Shown: positions 27,501 to 40,700 of the stretch, in pieces
How positions within the stretch are numbered: position 1 is the stretch's first letter
Layout of the letters: each line of letters starts with the position of its first letter
NCBI GenBank assembly: GCA_903813345.2
Contig: CAIIXF020000001.1
Coordinates: 21,514,001 to 21,578,000 of the forward strand
DNA: 64,000 nucleotides
DNA from: Owenia fusiformis
Taxonomy: Eukaryota
Direction: 5' to 3'
Made by a program: the position numbers and the translations under genes
Notes under the pieces: model-generated
What the model was told of the DNA's origin: nothing
What the model saw: the letters and a program-made list of their open reading frames with translations, nothing else
The model's database searches: none

Positions 27501-30137
27501 CCATCAATCAATGATGAACTTATCTCTTATTGTGTCTCTCAGGAGATGCCTCTTAATCGGGGGTCATTAACAGAAACTTCATAAATTTACAAATTCGTAA
27601 ACCAATTGTTGTAACCATGGCAATAATGACATCACAGTTAAGGAACAATGGACTTTACGAATTACTAACTTTAAGAAGCGTCTGTTAATGGCCCCCTGGG
27701 CCTGGTATCACATTCCCATCAAAAATATCAGCCAGCCTTTTTCTTTTACCATGTACATGTATCAACATAATGACAATACATGTAAAACACTGATGGGGAA
27801 ATAGTGGATTAGGTCGAGGATGAAATAAGATAAGGTCATGTTGATTCAAAGATTCAGTTGTTCGAGCCTCGTTAGATTCAGTAGAAAGTTAAGATAAGAT
27901 TAGATTTATTTGGTTTCAATCAGCCAACATGCCTCCCTTAACAGAAATGTATTAAACATTTTTAAACAAGGAAAATAAGATTCATCTCTGATTGAGAATA
28001 CAATTAAAGAATTAATCTGAAGAATTAAGGTAATTATTTGTTTTAAAATCATCCATTCTTTAGTGCATTATAAAACAGTAGTTGAAAACTGTATAATGCA
28101 TAAAACCAGATAGACACATCATGCCTTTAAATTTTTATAAAAAATGATGGTTGGCTACAAGTTAATAAATAAAACATTTTTACAGCATTTCAATGCAAAA
28201 GCGCCTATTCACAACACATTGTGACAAATGTATAAAGTTGTAAAGAAAAGAAAGCGCTTGAATAAAAAGGAAATATGTTTAATAGAATTAAAGTGAATAG
28301 AGAATGAGTGCTCAATGGCAAAGTAAATATAAAGAAATGAATTAGGGATTTATTCTGAAACGCGATCCAACATTAAACAAATATTGTATCAATATAGACA
28401 TTCGAAAAAATGTACTTTGAATCAATCATTAAATTAGATTTTCTTTAACTCACAGAGATTTTTAATTTGCAGTTACTGTTCAAAGGGTCCTAAAGGAATT
28501 TAATGTTTGCTATTATATCTCATCGAAAATACTTGTAATAGCAAATCTAGTTCACAGTCTGCAATTTTCTTATACCAAGTCTTTGAATAATACTGTCTGG
28601 AGCGAGTCTTTAGCCATGAAGCTATTTTTGCTCTGATTAATACCATGATAAAATATGAGAGAGTGATTGTATGAAAGACACTGTGAAACCAAATGTCATG
28701 GGGGAACATAGAAGGAGCTCAAACATATGTGTGAAAAAAACACTGATAGGAGCAATGTTTGAAAAAGCCATAATACATTCAATGCCTTTCTAGTTTATTA
28801 ATTTAAACTTGATACAGATATTAAAATGAATGAAACCCCCATAAAAGATTGTCAGTATGTCAAGAGATAGTTAAAACAACTACAATAAAATTTTAAATGT
28901 TTGCAACTACTTTAAATTTAAAAAATAAGCAATCAAATGACGTTAACTTTTGTATATTTCAGATAGTTATGTATAATGTGCAGCAAAGCTGTGGCCTTTT
29001 GTAATTTAGGGAATTACAGCCATGTTAATTTTTTCAAAAATATCATGGCAGAGAAGCATCAAAATATAAGAGGCCACGGATATGATAGCTAAACTACAAA
29101 ACAAACTAAAATAAAAAAAATAAAAAAAAAGTATACAAAAGTTAGAACATGTATAAATGTTTTTATTTTTACATATTCTGTTTCAATATGGTTCTTTGAT
29201 TGGTTATTTTTTAGATTCAAAGTAGTTCCAAACATTTAAAATTTGTAAGTGGAACACCTCTAGAAATTTAACACCTCTATTAAAATAACATTTTTCAGAG
29301 CCCCAAGACCAACTGACTTATGTTAAATGGACATCTATGAGTGGAACATCTCCCATTAGAACACTTTTTAGGGGTACCAAAGATGTTCCACTTATACAGG
29401 TTTTACAATACCTATTCTTTTTAGTCTGGTTTAGTGCAAAAACCCTTTGTTCTAAAATATGAGACTATGGCTGAAGAAATACAGTATAAAAAGGGGAGGG
29501 GGATGGGTGAACAGAAATTAATATTCTCAAAAAATATTGCCTAATCAAGAACAACCATAATATTTATTCTCCTAACATAATTTCTTGGATAGCGTATGAC
29601 AATTTCGTAATATCTTGTAGTATTTATAATGCATACTATTCAACATTGCTTGAACATATTTTCTCGATAATTAAAATAAAAGAACAAACTTACAGCACAA
29701 TTCTCCACAAAATGTGGGGCATTACATCGTAGGAAACTGGGCCATCCTCTTGTTGATTCAACAATCTTGCATGGCTCCTGTATTTTCTCGCACATCTCCT
29801 GACTTGGCATTTCAACAGTCGTTCCATTGCACTTAGGCATATATACTGCACACAGTACTGGTTGGATAACTGCCCAGCATTGTGGCACATTTTGTAAACC
29901 GCTCCATAATGTTAACTTTTCTTGCACTTCTTTTTGGCTGTTTGAATCATTGGCAAATTGTAATGAGGTTGATTCATATGGTAAAGCAATTCCTAAACAT
30001 GTGAAGTATTCCAATGGTTCGCATGATGTTGTGTTGCCTTGGCAATTTGAATTTAGGTTACCATAGCAACAGGAAAATAGTGTCAACAACACTATAAATA
30101 GCACCTCTGACATGTCTGTTATTCTATAATCACCCAT
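21577..30137 (-). CDS. SMO: Smoothened (Frizzled-class GPCR, Hedgehog transducer)
   Basis: Eleven coding exons: 30137-29694, 27258-27043, 26445-26267, 26014-25795, 25437-25314, 24928-24836, 24330-24222, 23844-23659, 23401-23265, 22911-22774 and 22403-21577, totalling 2673 nt (890 aa). Signal peptide, CRD ([27 protein letters not shown]), [42 protein letters not shown] and KMVAQAF. Confidence 0.97.
26449..26563. repeat. 20-bp minisatellite (AAATACATGGAGCACATGTT), about 5.5 copies
   Basis: Directly visible tandem copies abutting a smoothened splice acceptor. Confidence 0.9.
27353..27409. repeat. 22-bp tandem repeat AGATTAGAGATCAACTGGTCTW, about 2.5 copies
   Basis: Directly visible. Confidence 0.8.
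28888..29243. mobile_element. Palindromic MITE; its core is related to 8620-8870
   Basis: AAATTTTAAATGTTTGCAACTACTTT / AAAGTAGTTCCAAACATTTAAAATTT ends. The core AGAGAAGCATCAAAATATAAGAGG is shared with about 8764. Confidence 0.6.
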
Positions 30138-31469
30138 AACTCTAAATAATAATAGTTCTTCAATGGATTAGCTCACAGGGGATGAGTGAAGCTCTATAAG
30201 CTGTTGTCAAGACAACAAATATCCTGTCACAGCCTCTGGATATATTATAATTGTGATGGGATCCTGAAAAATAAATAGGAAATACATTTACTTTATTTTA
30301 TATAACTGTATGATATGTACTGATAAATGTCTTATTATAGATATAAATGATACAATAAAACCTTTGTAAAAGGAACACCTTTTAAAAAGTGTTTCAATTG
30401 GGATGTTTCACTTTGGGGTTTATTTAACCATCTGTCTTGGGACTCTGAAATGTTCCACTTGGGAGGTGTTCTACTTATTGAGGTTAATTTAACATTCAGT
30501 GATATTGGGACTCTGAAAAGTGTTTCACTTATAGGGAGATATCTCTTATATGTACCTAATATCAATTATAGATTCATAATAGTATAGTTAGTGAACCCTG
30601 CCCAAATAATCTGAAATAACAGTTAGGAAGTGAGTAAATCATTGGATATTTGCCATCCAAACATTGAACTGTTCCGCTTGAGGTTTTTGTATTTGATTTA
30701 TGAAAATAACTCAATCAAATTGATTTACAGATAGAAATATTCGCGGCAAATGTAATTTACTCACAAGTATTATCATTTTTTGATTTGAAACATTTACTTT
30801 ATTAATTTGATGTGAAACCTACTCTTTTGTGATCTTGACCTACTTTTAGATGTTTGAACATCCCAAAAATGTTTCCATGGAAATTGAGTTCAGATGCTTT
30901 CTAGCTATTATAACAACTTTACACCCAAAATAGAAGTGTGTTATGAATATAAGTGTTATATACATACCTAACATGTTTTATCTCATATCTTAAAGTTAGT
31001 TTCAAACACTTTCTGAAGTGTTTGAACAGCATCTTGGGATGATAACTTGTTGAACCTTCTTCTTCATCTTTACAACTTTATGTCACGTGACATGTCAAGA
31101 TATCAGGTCTTAGTTGATTGTGGATTTTCAATAATGAAATTTGTACTAAACCACTTTTTATAGCAACTAATATCGCTGATCCCAAGGTGATATGATTGGG
31201 CTAATCGAATATGAAGGGCATTTCTGTTAAAACTATTATTTATGTGCATAAATTGGATCAATATCAATGTTTTGAAAACAAGGGAACTTATGCTCCCAAT
31301 CCAAGATGTCTGCGCCCATGAAATGTGTGAAACTTTTTTAATTGAAAACTATTTTAGCTATTTCAGACGATTGGATAAACCTATTCACGATAATGTCAGG
31401 TATAGTATGATCAAAAAATATATTGTAATGACCATATTTATCTTGATTTCATTATGCGTAAAAAAAAAC

Positions 31470-32306
31470 AAAAAAAGCTTTTTGCAAGGCCTGAGTGCGC
31501 CGCTAACATGCTAAATAGAAGAGTTAGCTGACGTTTGGGAGTCTGACTTACCTTCTAAAGGTTAGAACCCGAATCTTAATGAAACCATATCACCTTTGTT
31601 CCGTCAACCATGGAGCATTTGCCACAACATCCAAGAGGTAAATCATGGATCGAGAAAATGAATGATTTCCTTGTAAGTTCCGGAAGTTTCAATACAAAAA
31701 ATTACCGAACATATGTGAAAACCGAATATTTGTTCGTTGTTTTCACGATTTACAGGTTCGTTTGTTCTTCAATGTTTTGGTCTAAATTATAAAGCATCAC
31801 CAACAGGTCTTTCTCTATTAATCGACTAATACAGCAGACGGCTCATATTTCTACGTAGCATTTCATTCAGACCAATAGTGGGAGTGTAGATCACGCAGTT
31901 TCGTTCGTTGCGTACTTCACTTGAAATTGGTAATTTTTAATATTGACTACTTCACTTAGCTTGGCGGATGTAGAACATTGCTTAATATTCTTTTAATTTT
32001 CACACCAGACATGCTTGGTTGACACGTCAACAAAGTAAAGTTCAAGGGTCAATGCGTTATTTCGTGATAACTACAACGCCTTCCCGGAAGTCAACATTGA
32101 TGAAAAATGAAAAAGTCGGAAAAGCATTTACGCTAATTTCTATCAAATGCTATGTTTATGCATCATCATCGACGCAACAAAGGTGATATAGTTTCATTAA
32201 GATTCGGGTTCTAACCTTTAGAAGGTAAGTCAGACTCCCAAACGTCAGCTAACTCTTCTATTTAGCATGTTAGCGGCGCACTCAGGCCTTGCAAAAAGCT
32301 TTTTTT
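31470..32306. mobile_element. Young non-autonomous element with ~136-bp nearly perfect TIRs, upstream of smoothened
   Basis: 31470-31605 is the reverse complement of 32171-32306, with about 2 mismatches seen. Ends are A/T runs and the superfamily is unclear. Confidence 0.85.
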
Positions 32307-32766
32307 TAGTAACCTCATTGATATTCAAATTTTATCTTGATCCATAAATTCAAAAGTCTCTATTGAAATTCAATAATTGAAGGACATCAGCAACTATTCT
32401 AATAATATTACTAGTATAAAAACTCAGATGGTAGAAAAAATGAATCATTCCATTTAAATCTGAGGCTAGTGCATATACATTTTGGACAAGAAGGATTGGC
32501 AGCCATTATTCAAACTGGATACCACAGTCGAAAAGAATGTTCTGGCGAAAGGAGATTGGGATTCCAAATTCTTCAAGTTGAGAATCCTTAATGAAAAAAA
32601 TGAAGTTACCTTTTTTAATTCCCGAATCTCTCCGAAATTAGCTCATATTGGTGACTGTAAATTGCACAGCTGTATTCAATGTAGTTCAACAAGTTAAAGA
32701 GTCACTATCTCTGGAAGTTATCTTTCATTTCTGGTAAAGAGTCACTATCTCTGGGTTAGTTTTTCA

Positions 32767-33135
32767 TTAAATTCTGTTTGTAGAAAGTAGGAACTTATTC
32801 AGTTCCTTTATTATTTCCTTGTTAAGTTTTTGGTCAATGTTGTCGTTGAGGCCTGTGATTGTTTGTATGTCGATGGTTGGGTTGAAATCTGCTCCCAATA
32901 GAATAGAGTCTATTGCTGCTATCATAATGTCCCTCTGTGCGTTGTACTTGCTACACTGAAACAAGAAATGGTGGACAGTTTCTGGTAAGTTACAGTGTAT
33001 GCAGTTTGGGGATGATAGTTCAGGGTTAATCTTGCAGTAATGACCATTTAGACGAGTGTGCCCAGATACTAATTGATTAAATTTGGTTTGACTGTATCTT
33101 TTACCCATATTTATCAATCTAGATTGCACTTTCAC
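32767..33135 (-). mobile_element. 5'-truncated non-LTR retrotransposon, C-terminus of ORF2 (I/Nimb/LOA-like group)
   Basis: QLVSGHTRLNGH...CIHC...ETVHHFLFQC (CCHC-type motif typical of non-LTR ORF2 ends). Confidence 0.8.
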
Positions 33136-33252
33136 TTTTGGGATGAGATTTTGGATAAGGTTGACTTATTTTGGTAAGATTTTTCTTTATAGGGTGACGT
33201 CATAAACCCGTCAAATCGATCATATATGATCGATTAGGCATGACGGAGTTAA

Positions 33253-33656
33253 GGTACAGCTGGAAAGTAACAGTTTGGTAAAAAATTGCTATACCTGCAC
33301 ATGTTGCTTTCTGGTACAAAATAAAGTATGAAGGCATGTATCAATTTCCTTGCTTTTTTCAGGAAAGTATCATTACATTGTCTTCTTTTAGAATATCTGG
33401 TAGGCGTTCAAAGGGAACTCCAGGGAATTCTGATATTTCACACTTCCTGTTTTTCCAAATTTTCTTTCAAAGTTTCCAGACAACACAGGAGCTACCATTG
33501 ACCTGTTTCCAGGTTTACTAAAAGTAGACAGTGTAATGATACTTTCCTGAAAAAAGCAAGGAAATACACACATGTCTTCATACTTAATTATGTACCAGAA
33601 AATAACATGTGCAGGTATAGCAATTTTTTACCAAAATGTTACTTTCCAGCTGAACC
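33253..33656. mobile_element. Kolobok-like MITE with ~140-bp TIRs
   Basis: TTAA TSD (33249-33252 and 33657-33660); ends GGTACAGCTGGAAAGTAACA / TGTTACTTTCCAGCTGAACC. Confidence 0.8.
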
Positions 33657-34273
33657 TTAAACCTAGTCTGGGCCTTATTTCTTATCTGACATTTCTTGTG
33701 GCCCGTCCTAGGTTTAACATCCATGCCTATTCGGCCCTTGATGCAAAAAATTTTAATGATGGCCTATGGCAGCGCATAGAATTCCATGCGCGTTTCATTA
33801 ATAACTGATAGTGAGAATTTGCAACCAATGAAAGCATAGCACGGAAGTTAAACCCAACCACGGCAACAAGAACACTCAGATTATAAATGAAAGCCGTGGT
33901 ATTGGGTTTAACTTGTTGAACTATATTCAATGGAGTCTTTTCATATTCAATCAGCCTCAATTTTAAAGTGTATATTTTATTTTTAACGTGATTTCATCGT
34001 TTTTTGTCGACTGGTAAGAATCCGCTGGGCAAATGGCAGGATGGATGACTTTTGACCTGACCTTGACCGATGGCGATGACGTCATCAATATTACCAAGAT
34101 GGCGGTTTCAAAATTTTCTAAAATCGCTGCAAATAATATTATGTTAATTTCTAGCGAGTAAACCTATTTCATAGTTTGCTATTTTACAATAAGATAAAGA
34201 AATGTGTTAGGAATTCGCTTTTATCAATTAAAACATCACATCGACATGTGGTATTCGTAAACTTGACGATGAA

Positions 34274-35335
34274 GATTATGAAAGCGGTGGGGGGGTTTTG
34301 AAATATGTCACTTCTCAAAAGGAATTCTCAATGAGCTGCATAGCAACCGTGGAATAAACAATTTCTGATCGCTAAAGATCAGTCCCTTGCAAAATAATGA
34401 GTAATTACTTATTTCTATGGTTCATTACGAATCACTTAATAATTATCTCATGAATGAATTCTTACATTAGAAATTAACTTCTCATAAAATATGTCGAATT
34501 TAATCGGTAGGAAACACGAAGAAATACATTTTTAACGATCATTTTTTAAAGTAGGTCGAATTTTTTAGAAGGGTAAACTTCCCGGGAATTTTAAGATTGT
34601 CACGTCTTGTTTGAGAATGAGAACGAAACCTTGCCAAAGGCCCGTCTTTTTAGTCAGTCGACCTGTTCAAAGTACATTTAGTATTATAAATTGCATTTCA
34701 GAACAATTTAGGAAACAATATTTTCTATCTACGTCGATTACAAAACATCTGAGGTACGTAAATTTATATGAACAACTGAGTCAATAGGGATAAATAGCCC
34801 AATTACGATTATGAAAGCGGTGGGGGGGTTTTGAAATATGTCACTTCTCAAAAGGAATTCTCAATGAGCTGCATAGCAACCGTGGAATAAACAATTTCTG
34901 ATCGCTAAAGATCAGTCCCTTGCAAAATAATGAGTAATTACTTATTTCTATGGTTCATTACGAATCACTTAATAATTATCTCATGAATGAATTCTTACAT
35001 TAGAAATTAACTTCTCATAAAATATGTCGAATTTAATCGGTAGGAAACACGAAGAAATACATTTTTAACGATCATTTTTTAAAGTAGGTCGAATTTTTTA
35101 GAAGGGTAAACTTCCCGGGAATTTTAAGATTGTCACGTCTTGTTTGAGAATGAGAACGAAACCTTGCCAAAGGCCCGTCTTTTTAGTCAGTCGACCTGTT
35201 CAAAGTACATTTAGTATTATAAATTGCATTTCAGAACAATTTAGGAAACAATATTTTCTATCTACGTCGATTACAAAACATCTGAGGTACGTAAATTTAT
35301 ATGAACAACTGAGTCAATAGGGATAAATAGCCCAA
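34274..35335 (+). repeat. Exact tandem duplication of 529 bp (34274-34802 = 34807-35335)
   Basis: No differences seen by eye; 4-bp spacer TTAC. Confidence 0.92.
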
Positions 35336-35917
35336 CGAGAGTCGGCGCTCTTGAAAAATACTTGGATCTTGATTCCAATCCTGGTATTGATATCTTATCC
35401 CGCTCGAAGAACGTATTTGACGTCTGTGCTGGATACATATTATAGTGCTGATACAAAATAATTGATAAGTCGTATAATTGGCATATTTTCTTGAATTTTA
35501 ACATTTAATGGCCCAAACTCCCACAAACTGCAGAAAAGTATACACCGTAAATCATATTTACCAAAATTAGTGTCTATAATGCTTCATACCAGCGTATGCA
35601 TAATGCATTTGTCACAAGTTTGAGCTGAAATTTCGCTAAAATGAAGTTGGCTAAGGGTAGTGTTATGGTAAAATTCAAGCTTCCTTAGTTCTAGTTTTCA
35701 AAATATGAATATTGTTACCAAATTAGTCAATGCCAGGCAACAGAGCCTTGTGATCAGACAAATGGGACAGAGGGGAGGGAGCAGGCAATTTCTGCTAGAA
35801 AATTCAACAAAGATGTATTTTTTTCAAGAGAAAGTTTACTATTGAATTGCCTAATGAATAGGTGCACGGTATGGTAAAATGTGTTCCAGATCTTTAGGAT
35901 TTTTTTAGAACCGATAT

Positions 35918-36935
35918 CACGCCCGGTGATCGTAAAAAATGGATGGAGGGGGGATTAGGCGATTTCTGCAAGAAAACTCAACAAATTTGGAAGATTTATT
36001 TTTTCAAGAGAAAATTTACAACTGAATTGCCAAATGAATAGGCGCAGTGCATGGCAAAATATGTTAGGTCATCTAGTATTTTTTTTGAACTGATACTCTT
36101 CTAAGATATGAGATCTATTAAAAAAGGCGCATCATCACCAATGTGCAAAAGTCAATGGTTTTGCTATAAATCAGGCAACAATGGTCTTCCAGACCTGTAA
36201 TAAATAGGTATAAGGGACATTATTATCACAATACTAATGACATTGCTCACTTTTTAAAGTTAGTTTCCATGCGTTATACAAAAAATAATCGAAATAAATT
36301 GATAGTGGATGGAGGGGGGGATTGGATGGAGGGGGGGATCACGTGTATGTAAGACATGATAAGACATGCTGCTTGAATTTATTCTTATGACTCCTAATTT
36401 TCCCATTTTTCATTCTCCAGAGATATAATATCCAGTTTCTTACTGGGGTACTGAGTTTAGTTTTTTCAAATACACGAGTTCTTGTGAATTTGTTCAATCG
36501 TAAAGACATATTAATCCCCCCCTCCATCCACTCCCCCCCTCCATCCAAAATTAATTTATTTCGATTATTTTTTGTAGAACGCATGGAAATTAAATTTAAA
36601 AAGTGAGCAATGTCATTAGTATTGTGATAATAACGTCCCTTATACCTATTTATTACAGGTTGTGTAGACTATTGTTGCCCGATTTATAGCAAAAACATTG
36701 ACTTTTGCACGTTGGTGATGATGCGCCTTTTTTAATAGATCTCATATCTTTGAAGGGTATCAGTTCAAAAAAAATACTAGATTACCTAACATGTTTTGCC
36801 ATGCACTGCGCCTATTCATTTGACAATTCAGTTGTAAATTTTCTCTTGAAAAAATAAATCTTCCAAATTTGTTGAGTTTTCTTGCAGAAATCGCCTAATC
36901 CCCCCTCCATCCATTTTTTACGATCACCGGGCGTG
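35918..36935. mobile_element. Foldback TIR element (~420-bp arms) with CAC...GTG ends and a 5-bp TSD, inserted in an older relative (about 35745-37140)
   Basis: CACGCCCGGTGATCG...CGATCACCGGGCGTG with GATAT on both sides. The rejoined flanks resemble the element's own arm. Confidence 0.85.
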
Positions 36936-37612
36936 GATATGCTTCTAAGATATGAGATCTATTTAAAAAGGCGCAAGGCCACCAATGTGCACAAGTCAAT
37001 GTTTTTGATATATATCAAGCAACAATGGTCTACAGGACCTTTGGCGTTATAATTACAAAATGAATGCTATTTCCTGACTTCACAAAATAAGTTTCCAGAT
37101 GTTTTATAAAAAATAATCGAAAATGATAAAATTGGGATGTGGAGTAAAATATCTATAAGGTTGAACAAAGGATTGGTATGGATATGGCGAATTGAATTCA
37201 ACATTATTTTTCTTTAAAACCAATTATTGAAAACATTCTGTAAAAAACATGGTCCTTTATGTAATGATGCGAAAATTAGATACCAAGAACAAAAGAAGTG
37301 TTTGATGTGTTTTCTAGAATAATATAGAGAAAAGTATATATACATTTCAAATTAAACTGTTACCATTCATAACATGATCACTAGATTGACGATGTGTAAA
37401 AAAATCAGAATTTTTTGATGACTGGTTTATGAGAAACATGTGTTCTATTCAGTTCGCCATATGGATACCAATCCCTTACACAAATTCTCGAATTTGAAAA
37501 CTTGAATTTAAACTCAGTAACTCAGTAAGAATCTGGATGTTACATCTCTGAAGAGTGAAAAAATTTGGAAAAGATTGGTATTGATGTAGACCAAAAATAT
37601 AAATATGAGTCC

Positions 37613-37684
37613 ACCCATATAGCTCAGCGGTAGAGCGTGTACCTCTTACGCAATAGGTCCTGGATTCGATCCCTGGTTCCGCCA
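37613..37684 (+). pseudogene. Degenerate tRNA-like sequence (tRNA pseudogene or SINE/retroelement head; most like tRNA-Ala by eye)
   Basis: A-box TAGCTCAGCGG with an intact D-stem (GCTC/GAGC), B-box-like GATTCGATCC and correct tRNA spacing. The acceptor and anticodon stems do not pair. Confidence 0.65.
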
Positions 37685-37777
37685 TTACTTAATTTACTTG
37701 TTTGCTTAAAGTACTTCAGGGATTTTGAGGACTTTTTTAAGGACTTTGAATCACCTGTGATTCATTTGATTAATTTT

Positions 37778-40700
37778 ATGTTTCTAGGGAATCAGAATAA
37801 AGTCATTGACTTCAAGTTTAATAAACCATCACGTAAGAAGCGTGTATTCGTCACTCAAGAAAGTCCATTTCCTGTTCCCATAGCAACATTAACCAAGCAA
37901 CGGACCAGCAATCAAGGATGGTATTACTATAGAGGGCAGCTTGAAGGGAATACAGTTGTCATTAAACACTCTGGAGATATTGACTACCTGTATAGAATGG
38001 TAAGTGTCTTGAATGTGAGTGTGCGGTCCATTACTTTAAGCAACACATTAATCACTGTCTGTTCTCTGTTTATCAGAGATAGTTCTAGTACAGAAATGCT
38101 AGAATTATTTTACTAACAGCTAAATAAAACTTAATGTGCATTCGGCTAAGGCATTTCATTGATTGTATGTGTTTGTGTGGTGCATCTCTTTCAGTTAATT
38201 TTCAGTGAGTGAATACATTAATCATGAATATTGTGAGAGATAATGTTTCATAGACAGTCTATGGCATGGGCCATTTTCCACCGCTATATGGGTCAGTTGT
38301 AAAATGGCCCGACCTAGTAACCTACATGCATATTTCTCTGTAATTAATCAAAATTAAGGATTAAAGATGGCATGATACTCTAGCTCATTTGAATATCTAC
38401 ACACCAGTGTCAGTCTCTTTTTTGACATCCACATCAATATGGAGCAATAGCAATGTGAAGAATTTGGGAAGTTTTCTTAATTATCTCAATTTCTCATGAA
38501 CCATTTTTTTTTAAAAATAGTATCATAACGTACCTTAATATCTTGGTATCAAGTTTATACGATTCATTTGAGTGACCAAAAAGCTTAAAGGGCAAAAAAT
38601 CAAAGTGATCACGGCCTTGTGATTTCCAATATTTGACAAAACATTTTTTCACCCTGACTAGGTCATGACCTACTGGGCCATAATCCAGCCCAATTAAAGA
38701 TTGATATGTACAATTACTTAATCAAGTGCCATTAATCTGCTAGCATAGTGTCTTTGTGATACAGAAGATGTTAGCATACAATATTGAGCAGTTCACATAC
38801 TTTGTAATATTAAAATTGTTGAAATAAGACTAGAAGTTTTGCAGTTCTGATATGTCAGTTCACAAGTTCTAGTTAAACAAGGGGGGGGGTATAGCATGCC
38901 TACTACAAGAATACAATGTGATACAGTTTACAAGATCTATGAACGATATTAATTGTTTTAACCTCACACCTTTGCTACTATTTTTCCATCTGATAAAAGA
39001 GCTTTGGCATTTAATCTTTTTATACGAACATATGAGGATATGCTGAATTTAATTGTGATAAGACAATATGTGTGAAATTGAATAAAGCAGTAAATAAGAG
39101 TTACTACGTTTTGACATATTTCATATGTAGAAACTGCTGTGAATGTATTCTTTTTATCCCTCTATTATTCATTTACAATTGACTTGTTTCTTTCACTATT
39201 ATTCAATGTGACTTTATTTAAAAAATAACGTTGTCTAATAATAATAATATGTTGTCTTCTGATAGCTTGTATTCTAAAGCTTCGTTTTTCTAAAAATAAT
39301 TATACTTGTACATACAGAATGCATAATTCATTTACTCAATGGACTTTTATATTGAAGGTGTTGATATTCATAATATATTAGTGAGCCTAGGCCGAGTATG
39401 TGCTAAAACAATAGTCACTCTTGAAAACTAAAAAAGAAAATTTAATGGATATATTGGCGTTATATACAATGTACTGTAAGATCAACATAACAGATAATAA
39501 TCAACTTGTCCATTCTCATTTAGTCATAGGTGACGAGCAAGAAAAGGCTGCAAACAAGCAATCATATTCAACAAGAAATACAGATTTGTTTGACTTCCAA
39601 ACCCCATAACAATGGTAAATGCACTATATGAATATTTCAAAAAGAAAGGCAATGTACAGAACAATCAATAATGATACCCATACAAAGAGAAAATGTTTAG
39701 ATTCCATATAACTAAAAACCCTGATTGATGCTTATTTGTTGCCTCAATATAATCACAAAAACAGAGATTAGCAGATTTCTAGAATATTAGAAAGATTTCG
39801 CACATACGTGAAAGTACAACTTGTAACATATACTTATTAGGGTGTTTCATTTTTGGAACTTTTTTTCTGATCAAGTTGCTTTTCATACATTATGATCTAT
39901 GGTTAGTAGGGACCGCACAAAAAAATTTCAGCCAAATCGGACATCGTTTGCCTCACCCCCTCAAGCCATCTTTATTTGACACATTTAGCATGAATACATT
40001 AGATTTAATTATGAAACATGTACTAAATTGAAAACTGACATATAAAATAGGTGGAGTCCTATATTCTAGTAATAAATGAATTACAATATCAAGTGACATT
40101 TGAAGATGTTTTGAATGCATTGATTTGCTTTCTATTGATACACGTTTCTAACTTTATGCTGCAAAAAGATAAAATTGATGACGCCCACTTTCTTATATTT
40201 TTCTAGGGGTAGGGCACTATAAAGTGTTATTAAAAATATGAAATAGTACTTAGTCATTATAATAGTTGTATTAAAATATCACAGATAGCAACGAGATGAC
40301 TTTGGATTACTTGTTTGAGCTGTAAAAGCTGTAATCTTTTGCTTGAAGCTACAAATATAGAATAGATGAGATTAAAAAAACGTGTCGCAGATCAAAATTA
40401 ACACAAAAAGTTTGACATCTCTGGATTCAGCTGTCATAAAATGTTGTATTATGGCTTCTTACATAAAATACATAAGAAGGCCTTTCTAAAGAGCCATTAT
40501 ACATCATTTTATGACAACTGAATCCAGAGATATCAAACTTTTTGTGTCAATTTTGATCCACTACACATCTTTTTTGGTCTCATCTATTTTATATTTGTAG
40601 CTTCAAGCAAATGATGACAGCTTGTACTGTTTAAAGAAGTATTCTAAAATGATTTCCGTGCTATTTCTGATATTTTAATGTGTCAAATAAAGATGGCTTG

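Noticed and set aside
34099-34161. ATGGCGGTT... near CRE and YY1 motifs as a TSEN2 first exon
   Set aside because: The only donor-like site gives the wrong phase for the 37788 acceptor, and the region looks repeat-derived.
37613-37684. Functional tRNA-Lys(CTT) gene
   Set aside because: CTT is at the anticodon position, but the acceptor and anticodon stems do not pair and G53 is mutated.
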